Part shown: piece by piece, positions 63,347-64,000 of the stretch
How positions within the stretch are numbered: position 1 is the first letter of the stretch
Layout: every line of letters starts with the position of its first letter
NCBI GenBank assembly: GCA_951406725.2
Contig: OX597814.1
Span: 128,712,001-128,776,000 of the forward strand
DNA: 64,000 nt
Origin: Octopus vulgaris
Taxonomy: Eukaryota
Direction: 5' to 3'
Translations under genes and position numbers: made by a program
The notes under the pieces: model-generated
What the model was told of the DNA's origin: nothing
The model's database searches: none
Seen by the model: only the letters and a program-made list of their open reading frames with translations

Positions 63347-64000
63347 AGGAAAAGAAAAAAAAAGTAAAGAAAAGAAAAGAAAAAACAACATAGTAAGTAA
63401 TAATAGGTGTGATTTCTCTGTACTAGACATGAAACCAGTTTTGGATCGGCACCATTATATTTTTGATAACTTGTTTTATTTTGTTTGATTTTTTTTTTAT
63501 AATGGCTTTCTTAGAATGAGAAGGGCGACGTCTGTGACCCTTATAAAAGTCAACGGTTCTTAAGAGTGAAAGTAAAAAAAAAATACTTAGCTAAAATATG
63601 GACACAGGCATGGCTGTGAATATAGTAAATTTGCTTTGGAGCCATGTGATCCCGGGTTCGATTTCATTGCACCCTACTTTAGACATGTGTATTTTACTGC
63701 TGCTGTGAGTTGTTCAAAGTCTTATCAATAAAATTTGACAGATGATAACTATTGTGTGGATGCCGGTTGGATGGCTCCCCTCTTGTTCTTGACTGGGCTA
63801 TAAAATTAATTTGTCACTCGGCTTAACATAATCACATGAGTTAGTTGCCTTTAGCAGCCTCCACTCTTTTGCGAGCGCTTTGGACTAGATGACCCATTTG
63901 AGAAAAAACTTCATGCTTTTCTCCCATCAGTGTCGGAGGACTAGAAGACTGTCAAGGTACTGTTCTGCCTCCTTTGATAAAGCTATTAAAAAATGTAAAA

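Overview
AT-rich, repeat-dense eukaryotic DNA. The SINE families, microsatellites and TTAGGG tract point to an octopus (coleoid cephalopod) intergenic or intronic region; this is recognition from memory, not a database search. I can support no host protein-coding exon, and most ORFs in the track are translated microsatellites or SINEs. The window holds many tRNA-derived SINEs (at least four families), a CRE-clade LINE relic, a Penelope-like element (RT + GIY-YIG) and several R4/Dong-clade LINE fragments in (TAA)n or (CATA)n tracts. It also holds three mariner relics (one full length), a pogo-type transposase ORF, a hAT MITE, a non-autonomous Helitron, long foldback palindromes and a ~1.1 kb diverged 28S rRNA fragment. 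Three observations stand out. (1) One SINE family forms head-to-tail arrays by joining to its own copies at two fixed internal sites, and solo copies sit at targets resembling one of those sites, which suggests self-targeting retroposition. (2) There are seven type I hammerhead ribozyme motifs, several inside inverted pLTR-like structures. (3) An R4/Dong lineage is consistently associated with (CATA)n. Coordinates were counted by hand and may be a few bases off.
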